Assembly (NCBI GenBank): GCA_002189035.1
Contig: NEEC01000016.1
Span: 2,418,001 to 2,482,000, forward strand
DNA: 64,000 bases
DNA from: Utricularia gibba
Lineage: Eukaryota; Plantae; Magnoliophyta
Direction of reading: 5' to 3'
Position numbers and translations under genes: made by a program. The notes under the pieces are model-generated. The model was given only the letters and a program-made list of their open reading frames with translations, made no database searches and had not been told where the DNA came from. Each line of letters starts with the position of its first letter. Position 1 is the first letter of the stretch. Shown in pieces: positions 13,352 to 26,852 of the stretch.

Positions 13352-13595
13352 TTTCAGACACTCACATTGCCTTATATAGGTGTTTGAGAACAATGGGTGA
13401 GACCATTTCTAGGCATCCACATTTGCTCATATGGGTGTCTGGAAAGGAGTGTTTGAGACAGTTTTCCAGACACTCACTCCCCTCATGTGGGTGCCTCGTA
13501 AGGATGTCTACGAGTATGCAACTATATTCTAGGCACCCACATTTGATCATGTGAGTGTTTGGTAAAGATGTATCCAAAGGTTTCGGTAAGTGTCT
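13352..13595. repeat. MITE-like inverted-repeat insert
   Basis: TTCAGACACTCAC at the left and GTAAGTGTCTGGA at the right are near-inverted. An internal TCTAGGCA(T/C)CCACATTTG motif is duplicated. No clear TSD. Confidence 0.45.
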
Positions 13596-13797
13596 GGAGA
13601 CATGTTTTTTGAATCATATAATTGTAATTAAATACATGAATACAACATTTTATTATAAAGTAATAATACTTCATGGAGCACACAATGTTTCCAAATTAGG
13701 AATCTTGAATTTCATCTTCACTCGAACTCGAGGACAATGCTTGATTTCTTTTCATTGTCTCCAGCCAATCCTTTAGAAAAATGCATGCCTCCAGGAT

Positions 13798-15572
13798 CTA
13801 TACATTCAATTTGGAGCGCTTGTGATTAAGAACTCGTCCCCTTGCACTAAAGACACTTTCAGATGCCACTGTAAATGTTGAAGGTATTAGAAGATCTTTG
13901 GCCATTCTAACCAAAATAGGGTAAGTAGTAGAATTTGTTTTCCACCAACCCAATATATCAAAGTTGTCATCATCAACACCCTCAACAATAAGAGTATTAT
14001 TGTAAAGTGTAATTTGAAGACAAGAATTTAATGAAGATGATAAAGAGAATGACACAAATGAGTTATTTTTTCTGTGAATAATGTACATCAGATTGCGACT
14101 GCCAAACATTGAATTATTACATGTTTTAGGAATAGGAACATTAAGATTACTATATTTAGAAGCATAAAGGAAATATATGCCATGTAGAACATTGTTAGCA
14201 TCAACATTTATTTTTTTTACAATTTTTAACGGAAAAAGTGACATCATTTACACTAAATGATTGAAATATATTCAAGTAATGTTTTCATACCTCTAAACTT
14301 AACTCGGGGATCCAAAATAGGTGTAATAAGAAATAAATGTGAGATTTAATCAAAATATTTTAAAAACTTATTTTTCATATTTTGCACTACATCTCCCAAA
14401 AAATCACAATCACTTTAATGATCATAAAAAGTAAACAAAATTTTATGAATATATGAAAGCACAAGTTGAAAAGTTGGATAATTGATGGGGTCTAAATTGG
14501 ATTAGATTAATCGGTCTCTAAAAAGTAGCCAAAAGGTGTTCTGACACCCTGGTGTAGGCCGACAGATTGGTAATTGTCAAGGTTTGTCAACGACATCCGT
14601 TTTGCACAGTCTGAAAAGTAGCCGAATTACGGCAATATTAGAGCATCCAGCGATTATTCGGGGGCTGAACCGCAGTATGTACAACAGTTGCAGAAAGCAG
14701 CCGATACTTGCAAAATCCTGAATTCGGTCAGGTTCATCTCACCTATAAATGCGAGACAGTGGAGAGGGTTGGACTCTAAGCCCTCCTATGTGTATTTTTC
14801 TCCCCATCTCCACCTAGTGAAGATTTTTCTCTGACGAGCTCCGACAGCTCCGTGGTTTTTTCGTTCTCCGACAGTTTCCACGTTAAAATCCCAATCTTCT
14901 TTCATTTCCAGTTAACAGAATCGCACCAGATAGAACACCAAAGCCTTAATCAGATACGACACGCTCACCCCCCCCCCCCCGCAAATCAGCTTTCACTCTA
15001 ACATCGATTTACAACCACGACAATAATAAATACCACTCAAAATCTTAGTATAAGAATAAAATGTTTCTAATAAATTTATTAAATCTCTTATTTTTTCAAA
15101 AATGGAATTGAGTCAATAAATTGTAACCTGTAAAAGATTCACAAAATTCAATAAGAACATTTTTATAAGGAATCAAAAATTGTAACATGTTATATGTAAA
15201 ATTCTATCTAGTTGGATAATCATTTTTAAATTTACGATAATAAATATTATTTTCTTGACAAATCATTTTAAAATAAAATGTTCTATTATGTATAGTTCTA
15301 ATTATACTAACTAAATCATGAATAGGAATTAAAAAAATTTCACATTCTTTTAAAACATTTTGAATACACAAATTTAAGATATGACAATTGAAATTTCTGT
15401 GGAAAAAAATGCTATTTAACATAAGATTTATGATACTTTTCAAAATGTCAATAACATTTGTATTTGTAGACGTATTATCTAAATAAATAGAAAAAATTCT
15501 ATCAAATATTTCATAAAATGGTGTGACATTTTCAATGATTTTAATAATAAAAAAACTATTCAAATATTTCAT
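13798..15572 (-). pseudogene. hAT transposase remnants (central region and C-terminal dimerisation domain)
   Basis: ORF 15204-15572 (NCHILNLCIQ) and ORF 13798-14247 (FDILGWWKTNSTTYPILVRMAKDLLIPSTFTVASESVFSARGRVL, hAT dimerisation signature). Confidence 0.85.
14470..15003 (+). mobile_element. Copia-like LTR (family C) inserted in the hAT transposase; boundaries approximate
   Basis: CTATAAAT followed by the GACGAGCTCCGACAGCTCCGTGGTTTTT...CCACGTTAAAATC block shared with 7075-7140. GC-richer than the flanking hAT sequence. Confidence 0.5.
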
Positions 15573-15939
15573 AAAATGCTGAAACGGAACTGTATGGATA
15601 TTACAGAACCGTAACTAGTTTCGAATTCAAGTGGTTCCGGTTTGAACCGAACCCAACTCTACCTTACACAATCCTTTTTATTTAAATGCATCTCGATAAC
15701 CAGAGTTGAATAACGTGGTCACTCGTTTCTATCTTCTTCTTTAGTCTCGCGCTGCGGCCCATGGAAGGCGTTAAGTCACAAAAGAGGATCCCCACGAGGA
15801 ATCCACACACTAACCAGAGTTGAGAAAAAAAACAGACGACAACAAGTCTGGAAAATGTTAGGCCAGTCTCGAAAACTAACAACCACCACATCCCAGGAGA
15901 GAAGATAGACACCTCTTGGGGTTCACAGTAGCAGCATCA

Positions 15940-16722
15940 TTACTCCACCTTGACGTGGTAAACATCGTTCCTCTCTTCCTCCTTGATCTTGGGCACAAAT
16001 ACCTTCAGAATCCCATTCTTCATCTCAGCTTTGATCTCACTACTCTTGTAAAGCTTTTCTGGGAGATCGATTCTACTCGAGTATCGCCGCCCACCATCAT
16101 CATCCACGAATTCCTTCTTCCCTTCGCCTCGGATTATCAGGGTGTTCTGTTCCACAGAAACCTTCACATCGTCCTTACCTAGGCCAGGCATATCCAATCG
16201 CAGGTGGAGACCATCGTCAGTCTCTCTGGCGTCCCAATTCCTGCGGATGCTGGATGAGACGGGAGACTCCGTAAACTGGTCCATCATGTTCAGAAGTTGG
16301 CTCAAGCTGCTCCTGGTGGATAACGGTCCGAACATATCTGCAGATAAGCTTCACAGATCAGAATCAGACCCATTACTGAAAATAAAGGGACGTCAGAGAG
16401 ACCTCCGAAGCCAATATCAACCGAAGATCCAATAAACAGAGAGCACAAGCGCCAAGAACAGGCATATGCACCAAACAGAAGCTCCAGAGTCTCAATCGAA
16501 AAATCCAGGAGCGACGAAACAATTACCTACGAAAGGAGAGAAGACACGACGATCAACGCGGTGATCAACGTCAACATCGCGGTCATCACCATCGTATTCA
16601 CGAACAGCGTTTGTGTTGAACCAGCGACCGGATGCCGGATGGGCAACCGCGACAATGGGGCGGAGAGACCTGCCAAGCAGGCTGGGAGTGACAAGCTTCT
16701 TCAAAATGAGAGATGATGCCAT
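15940..16722 (-). CDS. HSP23.6: Mitochondrial small heat-shock protein (HSP20 family, HSP23.6-like), 2 exons (16722-16527, 16337-15940)
   Basis: Transit-peptide-like MASSLILKKLV...RWFNTNAVREYD and alpha-crystallin domain LRLDMPGLGKDDVKVSVEQNTLIIRGEG...IKAEMKNGILKVFVPK; one GT-AG phase-1 intron. Confidence 0.93.
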
Positions 16723-16813
16723 CGCCGGTCGGCTGCGCACGAGAACACAATTTGCAGGGGAGACCTTCAGCTATTTCTTGGCAAGGACGAAACGACAAGT
16801 ACCGGGCGTTCAG

Positions 16814-16925
16814 GATTTATACTTGGAAGCCGCAGTGTGTAGAAGCTACCAGAGCCGAGAGATCCAGAAGGTTCTATAAATGGGCCGGGCCTGGAAGAAC
16901 CCACATGAACGCAAGCCCAGACGTT
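16814..16925. promoter_or_regulatory. Divergent promoter core: heat-shock element, two opposed TATA boxes, site-II motifs
   Basis: HSE GAAGGTTC at 16867-16874 (minus strand TAGAACCTTCTGGATC); TATAAAT on minus (~16814-16820) and plus (~16875-16881); TGGGCC and AGCCCA motifs. Confidence 0.7.
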
Positions 16926-17202
16926 TGTTTCTGAGGCAAACGTGTCCTACGCTTCGGCGTCACATTATCTCAACAGTGCCGCTGCACATATTTAATTCCA
17001 AATCCTTGGATTCCCCGGGGTTTGCCACTTGCCACTGCCGTTCAGGTAAGTGATTCGGCACTCCACACTCTTGATGGTGATGAACGGCCTGTTCCTGGGC
17101 CGACTGCTGTGTTGCTTTTTCACTAGGCTAACGCTTCATTGATTATCCGTGCTGATTGATTTCTTTACTTCGGTGATGTAGGTTCCTCGCTCGTAATTAT
17201 AA

Positions 17203-20037
<2,835 letters not shown>

Positions 20038-20518
20038 AGCGCTAATGAAATCTGTCATAAGCGAAGTCATCCTGTTTTACTTTCACAGTGAAAATAAGAA
20101 AGCGATGTCAATGTCACCCCCTCATGCATTCTTCTACTCTACAAGGGTTTGGATTTTAAAGCAACACCCGACTGGGCGGGCTAACAGCCCATACAGCTAG
20201 GTTTTAAGCAACCCTGATCTAACCATTCGCCTCACAACAATCTCTTAATCGAAGGCGTGAGGAAGTTTGGATTCGCGAAAGTTTGGCGTTCTGCAGCTTT
20301 ACGGGTGCGCGTCGTGACAGAGTGCCGGGTTCAATCTTGAATTCTCTCAACTCATACTCGTAAGGTCCTCTATCTTCACCATTCAAGCCGTAGAATACAA
20401 ACTGTGGGAGTAAACGAGTCGATTTTCGTTGGTGTTTCAGAATACTCATCTTTTCCTTTTTGTTTTTTCGTCAGAAACCGAGTAAAATCTCCGCTTTTCA
20501 CGAAATTGTTTGGGAGAT

Positions 20519-21335
20519 ATGAAAGCAGGGAGAAAGAATCTCAAGAGGGCTATGGAGGAAAAAATTGTCTCTCTTGAACAAGGACAAAGCATTATGCAGG
20601 TTGTGGAGCTGAGGGGCTCCAATCTTATTGAGGTTTTGACTTCTTCCATCGTCTTCCTCCCATGAAGTGAGCACTCACTTTCTTTCACTTGTTCATTCGA
20701 CTAACTTTATCGGGTTGGTTATCTTTCATAAGGTAATGGATGCCAAAGGAGTAAAATTGCTGGCGTTATTTCCTGCAAAGTTCCAGAAGAGCATGTGGAT
20801 GAAACGAGGTAGATATCTAGATTTATCTCATTATTAAACTGATTTCGAGTTTCCTGTCCCTGAAGCGTATATGTGCCCATGCCTCCAAGAATTCTTTTTC
20901 TTTTTATGGTTTTGGGATTGGTAATCAATTTTCACTGTGGATAGGCAACTTTGTGGTGATAGATGAGAGTGGAAGAGAAGATGCTGTGGAGTCTGGTAGA
21001 AAAGTGGTTGGCATGGTTACTCAAGTACTTCACCATGAGCAAGTTCGTGCGCTTAAAAAATCCTTGAATTGGTACGCCCCCTTTTCTTATTCACGGCGTG
21101 CGCTCCAAGGACCGTGCATTGTTCTATAAGCTCCTGTTGATGCAATTGCAGGCCAGAAGTTTTCAAGTCCACAAAAGCAGAATCTGCGGGTCGAGATAGA
21201 CAATCCTGTTCTCCTCAAAAGGAGTCAGCATCCAGCGATGACGAGGGGCTTCCGCCTTTAGAACCAAATGAAAATAGAAGGAATCCATTGTTTTCTCACA
21301 CTGATATGGCAGCAGATTCGGACTCAGATTCATAG
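20519..21335 (+). CDS. EIF1AD: Probable RNA-binding protein EIF1AD (eIF1A-like OB fold), 4 exons
   Basis: MKAGRKNLKRA...QSIMQVVELRGSNLIEVMDAKG...LALFPAKFQKSMWMKRGNFVVID...WPEVFK...SDDEGLPPLEPNENRR*. Confidence 0.88.
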
Positions 21336-22258
21336 TTGCCTGGAGGCACTGCTGTGCTTTTCATTTGTGGTGTTCCGCACACTCTTCTGTATGGTCTGTC
21401 AACATTTTATCATGGTGCCATAACTACTTTTTGGAGCATGCAATGCAGTGTTCACAGTGCTGGTTTTCGTGATCCGGGTTCACATATTTCAAGTTTTACT
21501 TGGGGGATACTATGCATCATTTGTTCTTTCAGGAGGCCCTCCTCCACATCCTAATCTTACAAAGCTGTGATTCTTCAACAGGAGTACATCCCTTCAGTCA
21601 TTTGACGGCACAGCAACTTCGTGTGGAACATGTTGGCATTCCCATACATCCCATGGATCTTCGTCTTGGTCTTCATTCCTGAGTGGTCGTTCTGCATTCT
21701 GCAACCGCAAGTTTTTTTCTCTCTCCCTAACATAAATGGGGTTTCTTTATTGTTTTTCTGTTCTTTTCTTCTGGAGGAAGTTCTAGTGATCCCTATTAAT
21801 TAATTCTTCACAAACGCCACTGTTTCTTGTTGTCGCTTGGTATCCAAAGTGAACAACCCCTCTCCTGTTGAGGATTTCTCCCTGCTCTTCCTGATCTACG
21901 TTTCATTGGGGAGTTGAATTCTACTGGTGTCGTGTTGGATGTGCCATGGAAGCGTGTTTCGCATTCTTCGTTGCTGAATATATACATATATTTGTTTAGA
22001 CACCTCATTTGACTTCTCGTTTGAATGCTTCGTATTCGTCTCTCCCGTTTATTTTTTTAATTTTTTTCTCCTTCTTAACTGAACCAAACCCATCCCCGGA
22101 GACTATGCGAAAGCTCCTTTTTGGATCGGAAAAACTCGATCTGCAGGAACAATTTGGAGGTTTAAAGATCTCGATAACCTAGGGATTTTTTTCTGGGAGC
22201 AGTGAGGGCTCCTTTCTTGCTTCATATTGGATTTGTTTGTTGTTAGGGGGGATTTCAC

Positions 22259-24461
22259 ATGGAGAGCTCCAGCTCTGCTGCCGCGGATATGACATCGTCT
22301 TCTCCTCCGCCAGCTAGCAGTAGGGGAGCAAGTTCAAGAATCCCCCAGCTGTTCTCCCTCCGTTTCTTGCACTCTCCTGTTTCATCTCTGCTCGAATACT
22401 CAGGTCTCTTGAGGGAGCGATCCGATTACCCTTTCTCGGAGGTTCATCCTCGCGCACGGGAGAGTGTGCACCCCTCCAGTGATGGGAGGCTCCGGAGAAG
22501 CCCAAGCTCGTTCGATGGTGTTGATGGGAGTGGTAACGCCGATAGCGAGGTTGGGAGTGGCAATAGCAACGGTGAGGTGTCGATTCGCATTATTGGGGAG
22601 CAGGATAGCATTAGGGTTTCGAATAATGTGGAGAGTGATGCGAATGTCAGCGGATTGGGAGTGGATGAGTCACTGGTAGGGGTTGGTGATGTGAATGGGA
22701 GCCTGAGCGCAACTGCAGGCGCCAGCAACAGGGAAGCGACTCCTCAACAGAGATACGATATTCAACAGGTGGCTCGCTGGATCGAGCAGATACTTCCATT
22801 TTCTTTGCTTCTTATGGTGGTTTTCGTCCGGCAGCATTTGCAAGGTGAACTCTTTCGGATTTTCTCTCGCTTGTCAATCCTTATCTCGTCTCTATGAGTA
22901 ACTCTTAGTACTTTCTTCTCTGTTTTTGAAGCCGGATGAAAAATGGACACCTTTTATGCAGTTTTTCCTGAAAATCTACGAATATATTTGAGTAGCGTGA
23001 ACTCTTTCTGGGAATCATGATTAAGAGTAACTTGTAGTGTTCTTTAGTTTGTTTTGGATGGGGTGTTATACTGGTTCTGTTTGTTGGTCAGCAGGATTCG
23101 TTTATGCCATCTACATTACTGCCATCTTGTTCAAGTCTAATGACATCCTCCGCAAACAAGCAGCTCTAAAGGTAAATGTTCTTGCCTCTTTCATTTTCCA
23201 TTGTGCGATATAGCAGGATATCCCGATTATGAGAAGCTGGTTTTGCAGGGCGAAAGAAAGATATCAGTGCTTGTTAGTTATTCCGTGCTGTTTATCCTCC
23301 ATATTGTCGCTGTGTACTGGTGGCACTGGGGTGATGGACTTTTTTACACTTTAGTCATGATTCCTCCAAAGGCAATCCCGCCCTTCTGGCATGCTATATT
23401 TATTATCCTTGTCAATGGTATGAAATGAACACTGACTGGTGTTTTGCGATATCCATGTTCGGCTGCATTTTTTTTTTTTCTTTGCGTTATTTCCTCATGC
23501 CACCTTGTGTCCATTAACACACCCCATTTCTGGTTGATCATTGTTTGTTTTTCATTTCAGATACAATGGTGCGGCAGGCGGCTATGGTCCTGAAGTTGGT
23601 AATCTTGATGTATTACAGGAATGGTCGGGGGCACAGCTTCCGCAAGCAGGTAATCAATCACCTGCTCTTGGTGTCTGCAGCAGTCGAATTATATTTCTTG
23701 GAATGCAATCAAATGCTGTTTTTTCAGGGTCAAATGTTAACACTGGTGGAGTACGCCCTAATGTTGTACCGTGCATTGCTTCCTACACCTATTTGGTATA
23801 GATTTTTCTTGAACAAGGAGTACGGGAATCTCTTTTCCTCACTCATAACAGGCCTCTATCTGACCTTCAAACTTACATCCGTTGTTGAGAAGGTATTCCA
23901 TGCCACTCCTCCCCATCCTCTGCATGGGATTCACCAACACAAATCTCTTTTTTTTTTTTTCCTCTTTTGTAGGTACGGTCATTCTTCATTTCATTGAAGG
24001 CATTATCGAGAAAAGAAATTCACTATGGCTCTTATGCAACATTGGAACAGGTAATGATCCCCAGTTGTTGATGTGTTTTTTCATCTAGTTCAATTACCGC
24101 GCTCTTGTCGTGGTGCGTAGAATGAGACAAGCCAACTGTCTTTTGAGCAGGTGAATGCTGCTGGGGATATGTGCGCTATATGCCAGGAGAAAATGCATTC
24201 CCCGATACTCTTGCGCTGCAAACACATATTCTGTGAAGACTGTGTCTCAGAATGGTGAGTGAGTCTCCTCAGTCTCACCCCCAGCTTGTCGTGGTGGTGC
24301 CATCCTTATTTCCTTGATCATAAATAAACCAGAATGTTGTTTGGTTTTTCGTCAGGTTCGAACGTGAACGGACCTGCCCCTTGTGCAGAGCTCTTGTTCG
24401 GCCAGCTGACATTCGATCGTATGGTGATGGATCAACAACTCTCTTTTTCCAGTTCTTTTAG
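22259..24461 (+). CDS. RING finger and transmembrane domain protein (RNFT1/2-like E3 ligase), 8 exons
   Basis: [21 protein letters not shown], hydrophobic segments, C3HC4 [44 protein letters not shown]-terminal [12 protein letters not shown]. Confidence 0.92.
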
Positions 24462-24694
24462 TAACCCCTCGAAACTGGAAAGCAGAAAAAAAAGAACACT
24501 AATACGCCAAACGAAAAAGTGTAACAGGGAAAACCACTTGGTTTTGTCCACAACTATTTTTCTTGTGTTATGTGTACAGGAAGAAGCCATCCTTTTGCCC
24601 TTCGTGAAACGCATGAGCAGTGGCGATCAATTGACTCGACTCGTTGAGCATGAGCAGTGGGCTGCTGACTCTATAATTAAACATGGTTGGAGCA

Positions 24695-26248
24695 TCAAAT
24701 AAACACGTGCAGATCCAACAAGACCTTGTAATGGCCATCTTCTATATACTCCTCTCTCACATCATGTAGTAGGAGGGCCTCAATGATGAGATCTTCCCAG
24801 TCAACGTCCGCCTGTATATGCTGCTTTCTCCTCCTCTTGGAAGTCTCAGGCTTTTCATCCCCACCGGCACCAGTAGGGCTCAATGCTCTCCATATACGCT
24901 GCTTGGCAGCTTTTATCTTCGCTCTCCTCTCTTGTCTCGCTAGGCAACCATTTTCAAAGGATGGAGGATTGGGATCTATTCCCACATTCCTCTCCAGTAT
25001 TTGCTTCAGGTATAGCTTTTTGCTCAAGTCTGATTTCCCATCCCACCAATCCCAACACTCCACCAGATTGAAGGATTTCCTCCTTTCAATAACCCTCTTC
25101 TCACCACCTTCACTGCTACTTCTTGCAGCAGACATTTCATCCAAGAATTTAGCATAAACCATGGATAAAGACTCACTTGAAAATTTGTATATACTTGGAG
25201 GATCAACTACTTGGCCCTCTTCGAAGTATTGAAAAACAGAGTCATCTGAAGCATGATTTTCGTCTCCGTATACAGCAGTATCCTTACCCAAACAGTCTCC
25301 AACCAGGTTTTCCATATCCCACGGAACGAGCTGTAAACCCTGCTCTTCTTCATCATGTTTTGCCCTCGACTTTTTCTCCAGATACTGCATAACAAATGGA
25401 GCATTCTTCTTAATATTCTTGACACACACGTCTCTGCCCCAGGGCAAGACCTGTGCAACTTTCACCAAGCTCTCCAAAAGTTCTCTATATCGTCGCCTAC
25501 AAGTAGAAACAGCAGCGTGCAGCTCCTCAGCCAAATCTTGAATTTTTATGTCCACTTCATTCAACTCTGCAACAAAAACTAAGACAGCCACAACAACAGG
25601 CTGGGGCCTCCTTCCAGTGGTTATAAACCACTTAACTAAGCACTGCACCAGAAACACCCCTTGCTGTAACATTCTCCTAACAATATCCTCAGAGACCCTC
25701 GTGAAACTCGGACATACTTTTACTGCTCGTTCAAGAGAATCCACAATGTCAAACTCTGGAAGCCTCAAGCCAGTAAATTTGATAACCCTGGTGACCATCC
25801 GGCCCAGTTCCGACGCATCACAACCAACTACATCAGCTACTTCAGCAATTGGGAGCAAATTTTGATCCTTTCTCATTACAACATAAGCACAGGCACCAAC
25901 AAAAACTGGGAACCACATCCCTTCACCGTATTGCCCATCAGTGATTTTTTCGACCAAGAGCTTGACTTCATGCGTTTTCTCACCAGAAAGCCCTAGTCTT
26001 AACATCTCACTCTCAATCAACTTTTGAGCATGGAAAATTTTCCTTTCCTGGTAATTTAGAAAACAGCCACTGCCTGCAGTTCCCATACGCACAAAAGTGC
26101 CCTTCTGTCCGGTAACGCCACCAAAGTCCGCCTGAAAATTGTGAAATTCTTGCACTACGCCACATGATGAGCATACCATATTACCAGTCACATCATCTTC
26201 TGCTAGAGATCGACTACGGCACTTCTGGCATTTGCGGGATCCTTCCAT
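24695..26248 (-). CDS. PTF2: Plant-specific TFIIB-related protein PTF2 (BRF2-like), single coding exon, 517 aa
   Basis: Zn ribbon CQKC...CSSCG, cyclin-like folds (KWFITTGRRPQPVVVAVL), C-terminal VDWEDLIIEALLLH...GHYKVLLDLHVF. Confidence 0.93.
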   Translation of the reverse strand: MEGSRKCQKCRSRSLAEDDVTGNMVCSSCGVVQEFHNFQADFGGVTGQKGTFVRMGTAGSGCFLNYQERKIFHAQKLIESEMLRLGLSGEKTHEVKLLVEKITDGQYGEGMWFPVFVGACAYVVMRKDQNLLPIAEVADVVGCDASELGRMVTRVIKFTGLRLPEFDIVDSLERAVKVCPSFTRVSEDIVRRMLQQGVFLVQCLVKWFITTGRRPQPVVVAVLVFVAELNEVDIKIQDLAEELHAAVSTCRRRYRELLESLVKVAQVLPWGRDVCVKNIKKNAPFVMQYLEKKSRAKHDEEEQGLQLVPWDMENLVGDCLGKDTAVYGDENHASDDSVFQYFEEGQVVDPPSIYKFSSESLSMVYAKFLDEMSAARSSSEGGEKRVIERRKSFNLVECWDWWDGKSDLSKKLYLKQILERNVGIDPNPPSFENGCLARQERRAKIKAAKQRIWRALSPTGAGGDEKPETSKRRRKQHIQADVDWEDLIIEALLLHDVREEYIEDGHYKVLLDLHVFI

Positions 26249-26550
26249 CTTCTAGGGAATTGTAGTAAAAACAACAAGTTAGTAACTTTGTTCGTCGAGC
26301 AACTTGTGTGCGATTTATTTCAACTCATCTTCATGTAACGCTCGAATGCATTGCACCGAGGCATAAAACCAAGTTCAAGATAGTCCAAATTCACCATCTG
26401 CACCTGTCCCAAAAAAAATGAGGATAAAAAAAGATTCAAAGAAGAAAACCGTAATGATATCCGGATGCCTGATCACAGATCGATGGTCCCTGAAATCTCT
26501 CCAACGTTTTTAAACGAACGACGGAGTTTTACCTTAAATAACGCTGTGCA

Positions 26551-26577
26551 GGGTTAGGGTTTGCGAGACGAAGCCCA
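26551..26577. promoter_or_regulatory. Telo-box plus site-II motif in the PTF2/PUB62 divergent intergenic region
   Basis: TAGGGTTT (AAACCCTA on minus) at 26555-26562 and AAGCCCA at 26571-26577. Confidence 0.55.
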
Positions 26578-26852
26578 AATCAAATTACTGAGAGCGGAAA
26601 CTCCAAAAGAGGCACCACAAACAAGATTTTTGAATCGGGAATCGAAGCGGCCGCAGTGATGATGCCTACAAACTCGGCGGGCAAGATCACATGATCTGCC
26701 GAGGGGTGTCTGGTATTTATAGTAATAATAATAATAAAGAGGTTTACGACGTCGTTTCTCAGCCGCTTCTTAGGGTGGGTATTTTTCAAAATTTGCAAAT
26801 GTAGGGGGTACAATTCGAAATAACTTCTCATAAAAGACTGAAATACCCTAAA

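Larger units (their letters stand above)
11409..15661 (-). mobile_element. hAT DNA transposon with both ends, internally disrupted
   Basis: TIRs TAGAGGTAGGTTCGGTT / TAGAGTTGGGTTCGGTT (15/17); 8-bp TSD CCTCACAC / CCTTACAC; AACCG/CGGTT subterminal clusters; transposase remnants. Confidence 0.92.

Noticed and set aside
21336-22010. Short ORFs between EIF1AD and the RNFT-like gene
   Set aside because: No homology or convincing splice structure; probably UTR/intergenic.
24783-25865. Several plus-strand ORFs antisense to PTF2
   Set aside because: Shadow ORFs of a long coding exon.
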